From: an uncultured bacterium
Lineage (GTDB): Bacteria; Patescibacteriota; Microgenomatia; UBA1400; CAYNFZ01
Direction of reading: 5' to 3'
Length of the DNA stretch: 37,326 bases
Assembly: GCA_965369335.1 (NCBI GenBank)
Contig: CBDUQH010000001.1
Location: 1 to 37,326, forward strand
The notes beneath the pieces were generated by a model. The model was given only the letters and a program-made list of their open reading frames with translations. It had not been told where the DNA came from and made no database searches. Positions within the stretch are counted from its first letter, which is position 1, and each line of letters begins with the position of its first letter. Position numbers and translations under genes: made by a program. Of this stretch, positions 23,521 through 31,613 are shown one piece after another.

Positions 23521-24543
23521 ATGTTTAATGCGTATTTACGATTGCTTCAGGAAGAAAGTGGTATGAATTTGGGGCAGATGCGGAATCATATTGAGCAAGA
23601 GCATGAAAAGGCTCTTGCTGCGTTGACTCCAAAAATCTTGCGTCAAAGTAGTCTTCGTCAGGTTGTGTTTCACGGTTTGGATGGTGAAGTGGAAACTGGA
23701 GAGCGATGTTTAGTGGTCTACGTGGTTTTGGGACGAATTTGTTTTGGTGCAGTTAAACATCCTGATGATTTGTGGAAAAGCCGTGGGCAAACCGAATTTG
23801 GTGAAGTTAAGTCTTACTTCGACATGATTCGTCACTGGAAGCTGATGTCGAAGATTAACACAATGTCTCAAGAAATGTTTGATTTGATTGGTGAGGCAAT
23901 TAGCGTGGGAGGAGATCCAGAAGATCAACAGAAATTGATCAATATGGTTGGGCGTAAAGCCTTTGATGAAGCCATGATTATCGATAAAGAAACTGTGGAT
24001 CAATATTTGGAACTATTGGTTGACGGTCTTGTGTGGGGCACACAGTTGTCGCGTGAAGTTCATCGTGGAATGCTAAAGTGGCAAGATCGGTTTGAAGAGT
24101 ATCGCCAATATGCTGTGTTAGATCCTGATGAATGGCTGGAGCGGCTGGCGTTTACTTGTGGTGATGATGCCATTGAACTGATGTCCACGTTGGCTGATAC
24201 ACTCAGTGGTAAGGACGAAGAAGAAATGCAGCTATTTTTTACCTCCCTTAGCCAAGCCGTAGAGCGTGGTTTTGGATATGTTTTCGATTGTGGGTTTGCA
24301 TCGCGTGAAGATGTGTCTGTGGCAATGGCTCACTATTGTGGGTTGCTATGGACATTGATTCGAAGTGATATAGTGTATGAACTGCTGGAATTTTCGGATA
24401 CAGAATCGTTGGATATTGTGGTCATGGATACTATTTATGACTACTATGGTGAGGAATCGTTGGGAAGCAAAGAGCAATGTCGGCAATTGTGTGAGACGTT
24501 GTGGAAAAACCACGAATCTTTGCTGGGAAATCATGACGAATAA
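23521..24543 (+). CDS. Island protein 3 (paralogue of 27063-28079)
   Basis: 340 aa. Shares KWQDRFEEYRQY, GFGYVFDCGFA and NHESLL with the 27063 product. Confidence 0.8.
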   Translation: MFNAYLRLLQEESGMNLGQMRNHIEQEHEKALAALTPKILRQSSLRQVVFHGLDGEVETGERCLVVYVVLGRICFGAVKHPDDLWKSRGQTEFGEVKSYFDMIRHWKLMSKINTMSQEMFDLIGEAISVGGDPEDQQKLINMVGRKAFDEAMIIDKETVDQYLELLVDGLVWGTQLSREVHRGMLKWQDRFEEYRQYAVLDPDEWLERLAFTCGDDAIELMSTLADTLSGKDEEEMQLFFTSLSQAVERGFGYVFDCGFASREDVSVAMAHYCGLLWTLIRSDIVYELLEFSDTESLDIVVMDTIYDYYGEESLGSKEQCRQLCETLWKNHESLLGNHDE

Positions 24544-24573
24544 TCCTTGGTAATCTACTACCTGTATGTTAAT

Positions 24574-24610
24574 GACCCCTTTGGACGATGTGCCTGAGGG
24601 GTTGTTTTTT
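24574..24610 (+). terminator. Intrinsic terminator
   Basis: ACCCCT..AGGGGT followed by TGTTTTTT. Confidence 0.65.
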
Positions 24611-24626
24611 GTGTGTACCCTATAGT

Positions 24627-24655
24627 TTGAGATTGGGGTTGTTATGGGGTAAAAT
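24627..24655 (+). promoter_or_regulatory. Sigma70-type promoter, TTGAGA-N17-TAAAAT
   Basis: TTGAGA at 24627-24632 and TAAAAT at 24650-24655. The spacer ends in ATGGGG. Confidence 0.5.
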
Positions 24656-24700
24656 CGGTGTCTGTTCGGCACTTTAAAAGATTTCTTGTGAAGGAGAACT

Positions 24701-24748
24701 AGGACACAAATAGCTAGAGGCTACTTGGCCTTTGGCTATTTGTGTCCT
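24701..24748 (+). promoter_or_regulatory. Leader hairpin (14-bp perfect stem; different sequence, same position)
   Basis: AGGACACAAATAGC...GCTATTTGTGTCCT, followed by the same CTAAGTTTAGA box and an AGGAG RBS. Confidence 0.65.
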
Positions 24749-24773
24749 AAGTTTAGACAGGAGAATGAAGGTA

Positions 24774-25640
24774 ATGAAAGTTTTGCATCGTGAGTATGTA
24801 AGTGGGTTTGGGTTTCTTGGCAAACATGTTGCTGTTGAGATTATCCTAAGTCTTCCAGAAACCGGAGGGCGTTATGAGTTGGCGATAAAGTATGGTAAGC
24901 AAGGTGGAGTCACTGAGACTTACAAGTATGCTGACGTTGATTTTTGTATCATCGTGTTTAGAATGCTTCTGACCTACAATCGACAGCTGAAGGTCAGTGA
25001 AGATGCTGCTTATGCAAGCGTGTATTCTTCTTTGTTGCAATTCGGTAGTTATGACAAGGTTGATCCGAATTTAGTTAATGCTTTGGGGCTTGAACCTTTT
25101 GAGGTTATTAATCAGCCTTTCGAAGGTTGGGAAGAAGAAGTGATTAATGAACAAGCCTTGGCTGGGAACTTTGATCTACACGCGGTTAGTATTTTGGTTG
25201 ACCATGGGATGTTGAAGCTTCGAGAAGAACTTGAAAGTAAGTTAGCAGAAGCTATGGCTGATTTTGAAAGTTGGCTTGATGCCACTGGATTAAATAACTT
25301 GTTTGACCTATTGGAGCCAAGCGAAGTGTTTTCCATCTTTGCGACTGAACGGGCAGCTTTGATCAGAACTTCATTTGTTATTTGGGACAAAGGTGAAGAA
25401 ATTCATGCTAATCAATCTAGTCATGTGATTGCTTTGGCTGTGTTGATTCGGTGCAATAGTGCCGTTTCCTTTCATGGTTCAAAACAAAATCTCAAAAGTA
25501 AAGCTAACTCTCTTGGGATTTTAATGATGCTGCCTTTCGTTTGGTCTAGCTATGATCTTCCCGGTGATCAGAATATTGATCAAATCGTGCAAGAAACGTT
25601 GGATTTTCTGGATTTACTGAAGCAATCTAGCGAACTGTAG
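24774..25640 (+). CDS. Island protein 4, acidic cytoplasmic hypothetical
   Basis: The ORF is open from TTG 24732, which would put the start inside the leader hairpin. ATG 24774 is preferred (AGGAG at 24759-24763); ATG 24765 is an alternative. Confidence 0.65.
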   Translation: MKVLHREYVSGFGFLGKHVAVEIILSLPETGGRYELAIKYGKQGGVTETYKYADVDFCIIVFRMLLTYNRQLKVSEDAAYASVYSSLLQFGSYDKVDPNLVNALGLEPFEVINQPFEGWEEEVINEQALAGNFDLHAVSILVDHGMLKLREELESKLAEAMADFESWLDATGLNNLFDLLEPSEVFSIFATERAALIRTSFVIWDKGEEIHANQSSHVIALAVLIRCNSAVSFHGSKQNLKSKANSLGILMMLPFVWSSYDLPGDQNIDQIVQETLDFLDLLKQSSEL

Positions 25641-25662
25641 AACTACAAAATCCTATGTGCCG

Positions 25663-25702
25663 ATAACCCTTTTGGAGAAAATTCCGAAAGGGTTATTTTT
25701 TT
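25663..25702 (+). terminator. Intrinsic terminator
   Basis: ATAACCCTTT / AAAGGGTTAT 10-bp stem followed by T6. Confidence 0.7.
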
Positions 25703-25788
25703 GGCTTGAAAGGCTATAATTGGGTGGATTTGTCAGGCTACTTTTGTTTGCAAAAGATAGTTTGAGTTCTTTAACAGACAAAGAGGCA

Positions 25789-25829
25789 GGTTTCACATAG
25801 CGAACTGGGGGAGTTGGCTATGTGAAATC
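25789..25829 (+). promoter_or_regulatory. Leader hairpin (same sequence as the 26994 copy)
   Basis: GGTTTCACATAGC-gaactgggggagttg-GCTATGTGAAATC. A TATAAT box lies at 25715-25720 upstream. Confidence 0.65.
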
Positions 25830-25856
25830 TGAACAAATAGTAGATTGGATAATCTA

Positions 25857-26798
25857 ATGAAGTTTTTTGGTTTGTACCCTGTAGTGGGTAAGTGTAATGT
25901 TCCTGACAATGTAATATATTGGCCTCCAAAGATACCTTTGTTTTCAGAGAAAACCTGGGCTGGTTTGGGTAGCTTTGATACTAAGGTAATGATGCAATTT
26001 TTGCTCCAAGTTGTGGATGGTGAGCTGTGCATTGTTGCCCAGAAGGATGGTGATTTTTCAGGTGAGGTGTATTTGCGTTATCGTGATAAGCGTTTTAATA
26101 ACCCCTTAAACTTCTTCGACCTAATTCGGGTTTGTGATGCAGCTAATGCTAGTAAGCGGATAAGCCCCACGCTGTTTATGTCATTGGTTTTTTGGCTGTG
26201 TAAGGGTGATGAACACAGCGGTGCGCTTGCTTTAGAACAAGTCTTGCAGAACAAGGATTGGATGGCAGATGACATTAGTCGGCAAGAATTGGACTATTAT
26301 CATTTGTTGTTGGTCCAAGGTTTGGTTGAAGGTGTGGATCTTGTGGAGTCGAAAGCGCGTTTGGCTTCATACATTGACCTCGAAGAAACTTTGAAGGAGA
26401 TGAAGAGGTTTGGGGTGATGAATAAAGCTGAAGTGCTTAATATTGCTGAATTTGTGTCGGAAACTTATGACCAAATCATTTGGCGTTTTGAAGGGTTTTT
26501 GCAAACTCGTCAGGTCATTATACAAAAAGCAATATTGTCTGGGTTCAAATGGGCTTATGCACGGGGGTTGTATTTTGATCCCAAATTGGCACATTTTGCT
26601 CATTTTAACGCTATGTTGTGGATATTGTTGGAGAACGACGTTGATTTGGAAACGGCTCAAGAACTGGTGGCGGAGTTTTTGGTGGATGAACGAGGAATGG
26701 GTGATAGCCACGCGAACTTTTTTGCAGGGTTGGGGCAATTTCGGATTGGCTACTATAACCACTATGGTTGGGAAGTGCCGGTGCCGGCTGATTCTTAG
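25857..26798 (+). CDS. Island protein 5 (distant paralogue of proteins 3 and 6)
   Basis: The track starts at TTG 25845; ATG 25857 is an alternative. Three motifs align with proteins 3 and 6: FFDLIRV, YHLLLVQGLVEGVDL and GFKWAYARGLYF. Confidence 0.7.
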   Translation: MKFFGLYPVVGKCNVPDNVIYWPPKIPLFSEKTWAGLGSFDTKVMMQFLLQVVDGELCIVAQKDGDFSGEVYLRYRDKRFNNPLNFFDLIRVCDAANASKRISPTLFMSLVFWLCKGDEHSGALALEQVLQNKDWMADDISRQELDYYHLLLVQGLVEGVDLVESKARLASYIDLEETLKEMKRFGVMNKAEVLNIAEFVSETYDQIIWRFEGFLQTRQVIIQKAILSGFKWAYARGLYFDPKLAHFAHFNAMLWILLENDVDLETAQELVAEFLVDERGMGDSHANFFAGLGQFRIGYYNHYGWEVPVPADS

Positions 26799-26827
26799 CT
26801 TGTTTCTCTCTCTTTGTTTAGTTGATT

Positions 26828-26864
26828 AACCCCTTTGGCCTAGAGCTGGAGGGGTTGTTTTTTT
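26828..26864 (+). terminator. Intrinsic terminator
   Basis: AACCCCT...AGGGGTT followed by GTTTTTTT. Confidence 0.7.
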
Positions 26865-26903
26865 GTGGATGTTCTTGCCGAGAAGCTATTTGAATCTAAG
26901 GGT

Positions 26904-26932
26904 TTGAGTGTAGAGGCTTTATGGGTTAGAAT
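26904..26932 (+). promoter_or_regulatory. Sigma70-type promoter, TTGAGT-N17-TAGAAT
   Basis: TTGAGT at 26904-26909 and TAGAAT at 26927-26932. Confidence 0.5.
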
Positions 26933-26993
26933 TTGGTGCTTTGGCGTTGCCTGTTGGCGGCAGTTAAAGCGCACTTTGACATCTGGTAGTTTA

Positions 26994-27034
26994 GGTTTCA
27001 CATAGCGAACTGGGGGAGTTGGCTATGTGAAATC
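26994..27034 (+). promoter_or_regulatory. Leader hairpin
   Basis: Same as 23453-23493 except for one loop base. Confidence 0.65.
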
Positions 27035-27062
27035 TAAGTTTAGAGATAAGGATTAGCTCATT

Positions 27063-28079
27063 ATGTCAGGAAGTGATTTTTTGGTAATTTTTAAAGCTGA
27101 TGCAGAAATGACATTGCGCGAAATGCAAGACTTTTTTCGCCAAAAGCATGATGAAGTACAAGAGCTTTTGAATCCAGAAATCTTGCGTCAGTGTTCCCCC
27201 AGGACGGTTAAGTTGGAATCTGAGAATGGCGATTTGATCGAAAAGGAAGTTGTTATCATCGTTTACAAGGTTAAGGGTCAAATTCGTATAGATGCCGTTG
27301 AAAGAGCTGATGACTTGATCGATCTGAAACATCCAATGAACTTTGGTGAGATTGACTCGTTTTTCGATGCGATCCGCCATTGGACTTTGTTGTGTCAAAT
27401 CAATGAAGTGTCGCAAGAAGTGTTTGATCTGATTAATGAAGCCATTAGTGTGGAAGGTAGTCCGGAAGTACGTGATCAGTTGGTACGTAGAGTGGGGCAA
27501 ACATCGTTTGATTTGGCGATGTATGTTGACACGTTGACGATGAATCAATACCTGACACTTTTGGAGGAAGGGGTGGCTTTAGGTGCCCAATTGTCCCTTG
27601 AAGTTCATTGGGGAAGGATTAAATGGCAAGATCGGTTTGAAGAGTATCGCCAGTACGGAGTGTTAAGCCCAGAAGAATGGCAGGAGCGAGTGGAATTTAC
27701 CACAAGCGATGAAGTCATTGGTTTGATGTCTGAAGTGGCTGCTTTTGTTGCCGGTGATGATGGAGTGTTTGATCATGCTTTTGAAGCGTTGAATCTTGCC
27801 TGTGGTCTTGGGTTTGGGTATGTTTTCGATTGTGGTTTTGCCCAGCGTGAAGATGTTTCTTTGTACACAAAGCTTCTTATTGGTTTGTGGGAAACTGTGA
27901 ATAACAGTGATTTTGTCTCAGAGATTTTTAGTGTCCTTGATTCAAAAGATCAAGGTTTGGCTCTTGCTGGAGTGATGGTGGAGTATTTTGGTACGGGTTC
28001 GATTGGGGAAGTATCAGAATTCCTGAAACAAGCATTGTTACTTTGGGAGAACCATGAATCTTTGTTGGTAGAGGATTAA
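27063..28079 (+). CDS. Island protein 6 (paralogue of 23521-24543)
   Basis: 338 aa, collinear with protein 3 along its whole length. Confidence 0.8.
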   Translation: MSGSDFLVIFKADAEMTLREMQDFFRQKHDEVQELLNPEILRQCSPRTVKLESENGDLIEKEVVIIVYKVKGQIRIDAVERADDLIDLKHPMNFGEIDSFFDAIRHWTLLCQINEVSQEVFDLINEAISVEGSPEVRDQLVRRVGQTSFDLAMYVDTLTMNQYLTLLEEGVALGAQLSLEVHWGRIKWQDRFEEYRQYGVLSPEEWQERVEFTTSDEVIGLMSEVAAFVAGDDGVFDHAFEALNLACGLGFGYVFDCGFAQREDVSLYTKLLIGLWETVNNSDFVSEIFSVLDSKDQGLALAGVMVEYFGTGSIGEVSEFLKQALLLWENHESLLVED

Positions 28080-28119
28080 TCCTTAGAAGTTCGTTGACTC
28101 TAACTATCAGAATGTTATT

Positions 28120-28156
28120 AACCCCTTTGGCCTAGAGCTGGAGGGGGTGTTTTTTT
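28120..28156 (+). terminator. Intrinsic terminator (third copy of the ACCCCTTTGGCCTAGAGCTGGAGGGG element)
   Basis: Lies between the convergent island gene 6 and the RND gene. Confidence 0.7.
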
Positions 28157-28187
28157 GTAGGGACGTCCCTTGAAAGATTGGGTTGGG

Positions 28188-31100
28188 TTATTTGTTTTCG
28201 TCAAAGAATTCGATGTAGATGGTGGGGAGAAGGACGAGGATAAGGATACCTGAAACAGAGAGTCCAGCGATGATTGAGCCACCAAGACCTCTCCAAAGTG
28301 GATCGGAAAGGGTGATGGGAAGTAGTCCTGCACTAGTGGTGAGGGAGGTGAGAAAGATGGGTTCCAAACGAGAGCTACAAGCGTCGACGACTGCGTCTAG
28401 AACTTTGAAACCTTGTTTGAGGTTTTGGTTGATTTTTTCCACAAGCATGATGGAGTTGTTGACCACGATTCCAAATAGAGCTAAGACACCGATAAGGGCA
28501 GGGAATGAAAGAGGGATACCAAAGATGGTGAAGTTGAAAAAGACTCCAGCAACGGCTAGGGGGATAACGATCATGACAATGGCGGCTTTTCTAAATGACT
28601 CGAGTTGAAGCACCATGGTCAGCAAAATGAGAATGAAAGAGAGGGTCATGGCTTGGAGGATGGAGTTGACTGATTCTTGGTTCTCTTCGTTGGCTCCACC
28701 CGTATCCCAAGTGTAGCCAAGTGGCATTTGGTACTGGTTGGCCTTGTCTTCAAATTGAGCCAGGATTTGAGTGGATGGGACGCCTTTGGCGGCGGCGGTG
28801 ACACTAACAACTCTTTGAGAATCTTCTCTAACGATGCTAACAGGAGTGTTTTCGAGAGAGAGAGTAGCGACTTCACCAAGTGTGTAGTTGCCAAGTTGGC
28901 TGGGCAAAGGTAGGTTTTGAAGCATGTCGATGGTTTGGTCTTGGTCTCTTAGAGTGACGGTGATGTCTTGATCTTTGTCGCCAAGGCTAATGGTGCTAGC
29001 TTCAGTGCCAGACAAAGCGGTTCTGAGCCAGCCACCTACTTGAGCTGCACTGAGGCCTCTTTTTTGGAGTTCTTGAGGGATAAGGTTGACTCTGACTTCA
29101 CCTGATGAGAGTTTGAGTGAAGTGTCAATGTTGATAGCGCCTTCGATGCCTCCAAGAATATCCATAAAGTCGTTGGCGATGGTTTCTAGTTGGTCTAGTT
29201 CCTCACCTTTAATGTTGATTTGGAAGTCTGCACCAGCAGGTGGTCCACCAGATAGTTCAGCCACGGTGATTTTGGCATCTTGGATTGAGGTGACTTTTTG
29301 TCTGATCTCATCGGCAATGTCGATTGAAGACCTGTTTCTTTGGTCGTCTTTAACTAGAGTAACGGCTATGGTGGAGGCGTTGGATCCAGAAGCACCACCG
29401 CCAAGACCGTCGGGGTCAAAGCTAGCACCGGTTAAACTGATAATAGATTTGATTTCTGGAATGTCAGTGATTAAAGTTTCTGTTCTTTCAGTAATGGCTT
29501 CTGTAGTTTCAACAGGAGATCCAGCTGGAGATTGGATATTAATGTAGATGTTTTCGGAGTCGGTAGCGGGAAAGAACTCGTTTTTGAGAAGGCCTGTGAA
29601 CATAAAGGCGAAACTAAGAGCCACAAAGCCAGCAGTGGCAAAATAGACTCTATATCTGAGCTTTTTATATCTGAGGATTTTTTCGAGGAATTTTCGATAA
29701 CGATTGGAGACAACTGAAAAATCAATTAGCCCAGAGTTAACTAGATCTGAAGTGTTAATGTTGGGGATGTGGTTTTTGAACTTAATTAGTTTAGCAGTAG
29801 TTGGGTTTTTGGCCCAGGACTTTAGGTGAGATTTAGTCTTTTTGATGAGTTGTGGATATTTAGATGAAAAATATTTGGATAATTGTTTTCTTGAAATAAA
29901 GCTGAGTATGGATAGGGTGATAAAAGTGAGGCTAACTAAAGGTGTGAGTGGAGAGTTTTTGGCAAGTGAGTTGACCATAAAAAAGATGCCGAGGAATACA
30001 AGTAGGAGGGTAAAGTTTTTGACTCTTGGAGGTAGTTTTAGATCGGCAAAGATGGTGGTCAGGGGGATGTTTAATAAGACAGCCAAAGTGGTTGATGAGA
30101 GTAAGGTGGCTGAAACGACGATGGGGATGGATTTGATGAACTCACCGATGATGCCTGTAGCCAGAAGAAGAGGAAGGAATGCCCAGACAGTGGTGAGGGT
30201 GGTGGTCCAAATTGGAACCACAAAGTCTCGATAGACAAGTAGGCCAGCTTGGACGGGAGAGAATTTTTTACCGTAGTTGTTGGCAGCTTGGACGATCACG
30301 ATAGCATCATCGACAACCAAACCAAGTGCCAGTAGCAAAGAGAATAGAGATAGGAAGTTTAAGGTAATTCCCAAAGCGTTCATGATGACAAAGGCTGAAA
30401 GGAAAGTCAGGGGGATGGAAACCGAAGCAATACCTGCTTGTCTAAGTCCAAGGAAAGTAAATAACAACAGGAAGACTAAGATGATGGTTGATCGGAAGTT
30501 TGAACCGAGCTCATTAAACGACTCTTCAACTGATTCGGCTTGGTTGAGGACGTTTAGATAGTGAATGGAGGGGTTTTGTGAAACTTCTGCTTCAAGGATC
30601 TCTTCTGCAGTATTGACTGAGTCGGAGATGGTGGCGTTGTTGGATTTGTAGATGTCTAGTTGGATGGTGGGAACTCTTTGGTCGTTGGAGATACGGTTGT
30701 AGGCAAGAGAGTTAGTGTCTTTGGTTTGATAATAAACGTCGGCTATTTCACCAAGGGCAATAGATGATTGGCCGACTTGGATAGGCAGACTTCTGACTTG
30801 ATCGATGGTAGTGAATTCGTTGTTGACTGAAAGGGTGTACTCCAATTGCCCGGCTTGGATGGAACCTGCGGGTAGGGTGAGATTGTTGGCCTTGATGGTG
30901 CCAGTAATGGCTTCTGGGCTAACTTGGTATCTAGCTAGAGTTTCGTGTTTGAGTTTAATGGCGATTTCTTCTTCGAGTTCGCCGCTTAGAGTGACACGTC
31001 TGATATCGGATGTGGCTTCGAGTTTGTCGGCTAGGTCTTCGGTAATTTTGGTGAGTGCGATTCTGTTGATATCGCCGTAGACAGCTACAGTCCAGATGGG

Positions 31101-31559
31101 TTGTTCATTAAAGTCTAGCTTGCTGACTCGAGGGTCAGAAGCATCTTCTGGTAGGTCTGTGACTAGATCGACTTTTTCTCTGACCTTGTCTAAGGCTTCG
31201 TCGGGGTCTTCGGTGCTGATAAATTGGGCAGTGATGACCGAGACGCTGTTGCTTGAACTGGAAGATAATAGATCAATGGTGGCTATATCGCTGACTTCGG
31301 TCTCGATTTTTTTGGTGACAAGTTTTTCAACGTCTGTGGGTGAGGCCCCGGGTAGGGTGGTGACTACATTGACGATAGGGATGTCTACTTGAGGGTTGAG
31401 TTCTCTAGGTAGAGTTAAGAAAGAACCAACACCGGCAATAATTAAGGCTAAGATAGCCAAGATGACTAAGCGGACGTTTTTGATGAGCCCATGCATAAAA
31501 GAGTTTTTTAGCTTGGGGTCAAATTTGAGTTGGTCTAGATAGAGAGAGTCTGTGTTCAT
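28188..31559 (-). CDS. RND superfamily efflux transporter permease (AcrB-like)
   Basis: 1123 aa with the 12-TM, two-large-loop architecture. The N-terminus (NVRLVILAILALIIAGVGSFLTLPRELNPQVDIPIVNVVTTLPGASP) and VDDAIVIV motif are typical of the family. Confidence 0.85.
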   Translation of the reverse strand: MNTDSLYLDQLKFDPKLKNSFMHGLIKNVRLVILAILALIIAGVGSFLTLPRELNPQVDIPIVNVVTTLPGASPTDVEKLVTKKIETEVSDIATIDLLSSSSSNSVSVITAQFISTEDPDEALDKVREKVDLVTDLPEDASDPRVSKLDFNEQPIWTVAVYGDINRIALTKITEDLADKLEATSDIRRVTLSGELEEEIAIKLKHETLARYQVSPEAITGTIKANNLTLPAGSIQAGQLEYTLSVNNEFTTIDQVRSLPIQVGQSSIALGEIADVYYQTKDTNSLAYNRISNDQRVPTIQLDIYKSNNATISDSVNTAEEILEAEVSQNPSIHYLNVLNQAESVEESFNELGSNFRSTIILVFLLLFTFLGLRQAGIASVSIPLTFLSAFVIMNALGITLNFLSLFSLLLALGLVVDDAIVIVQAANNYGKKFSPVQAGLLVYRDFVVPIWTTTLTTVWAFLPLLLATGIIGEFIKSIPIVVSATLLSSTTLAVLLNIPLTTIFADLKLPPRVKNFTLLLVFLGIFFMVNSLAKNSPLTPLVSLTFITLSILSFISRKQLSKYFSSKYPQLIKKTKSHLKSWAKNPTTAKLIKFKNHIPNINTSDLVNSGLIDFSVVSNRYRKFLEKILRYKKLRYRVYFATAGFVALSFAFMFTGLLKNEFFPATDSENIYINIQSPAGSPVETTEAITERTETLITDIPEIKSIISLTGASFDPDGLGGGASGSNASTIAVTLVKDDQRNRSSIDIADEIRQKVTSIQDAKITVAELSGGPPAGADFQINIKGEELDQLETIANDFMDILGGIEGAINIDTSLKLSSGEVRVNLIPQELQKRGLSAAQVGGWLRTALSGTEASTISLGDKDQDITVTLRDQDQTIDMLQNLPLPSQLGNYTLGEVATLSLENTPVSIVREDSQRVVSVTAAAKGVPSTQILAQFEDKANQYQMPLGYTWDTGGANEENQESVNSILQAMTLSFILILLTMVLQLESFRKAAIVMIVIPLAVAGVFFNFTIFGIPLSFPALIGVLALFGIVVNNSIMLVEKINQNLKQGFKVLDAVVDACSSRLEPIFLTSLTTSAGLLPITLSDPLWRGLGGSIIAGLSVSGILILVLLPTIYIEFFDENK

Positions 31560-31613
31560 GTGAGTTCAAAGTTTAAAGTGTAAAGTTAAAAGTTGAAAAG
31601 TGGGGATAAGGGA

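Larger units (their letters stand above)
26828..27053 (+). repeat. Intergenic cassette copy B (terminator + promoter + leader)
   Basis: See 23277-23512. Block 26917-27053 is 136/137 identical to 23376-23512. Confidence 0.9.

Noticed and set aside
23277-28156. Possible CRISPR array or DGR template/variable repeat pair, because of recurring near-identical non-coding blocks.
   Set aside because: The repeats are 37-240 nt, spaced 1-3.5 kb apart with full genes between them, and correspond to terminator, promoter and leader units. No cas genes or reverse transcriptase are present, and the single mismatch is not part of an adenine-specific pattern.
28118-31392. Listed ORFs overlapping the RND gene (for example 28219-28608, 29086-29547, 29842-30234, 30277-30561, 30805-31080, 31096-31392, and 28118-28333).
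   Set aside because: They lie inside a long, well-supported RND CDS, mostly on the opposite strand and some in another frame. They have no starts with an RBS and no recognisable motifs.
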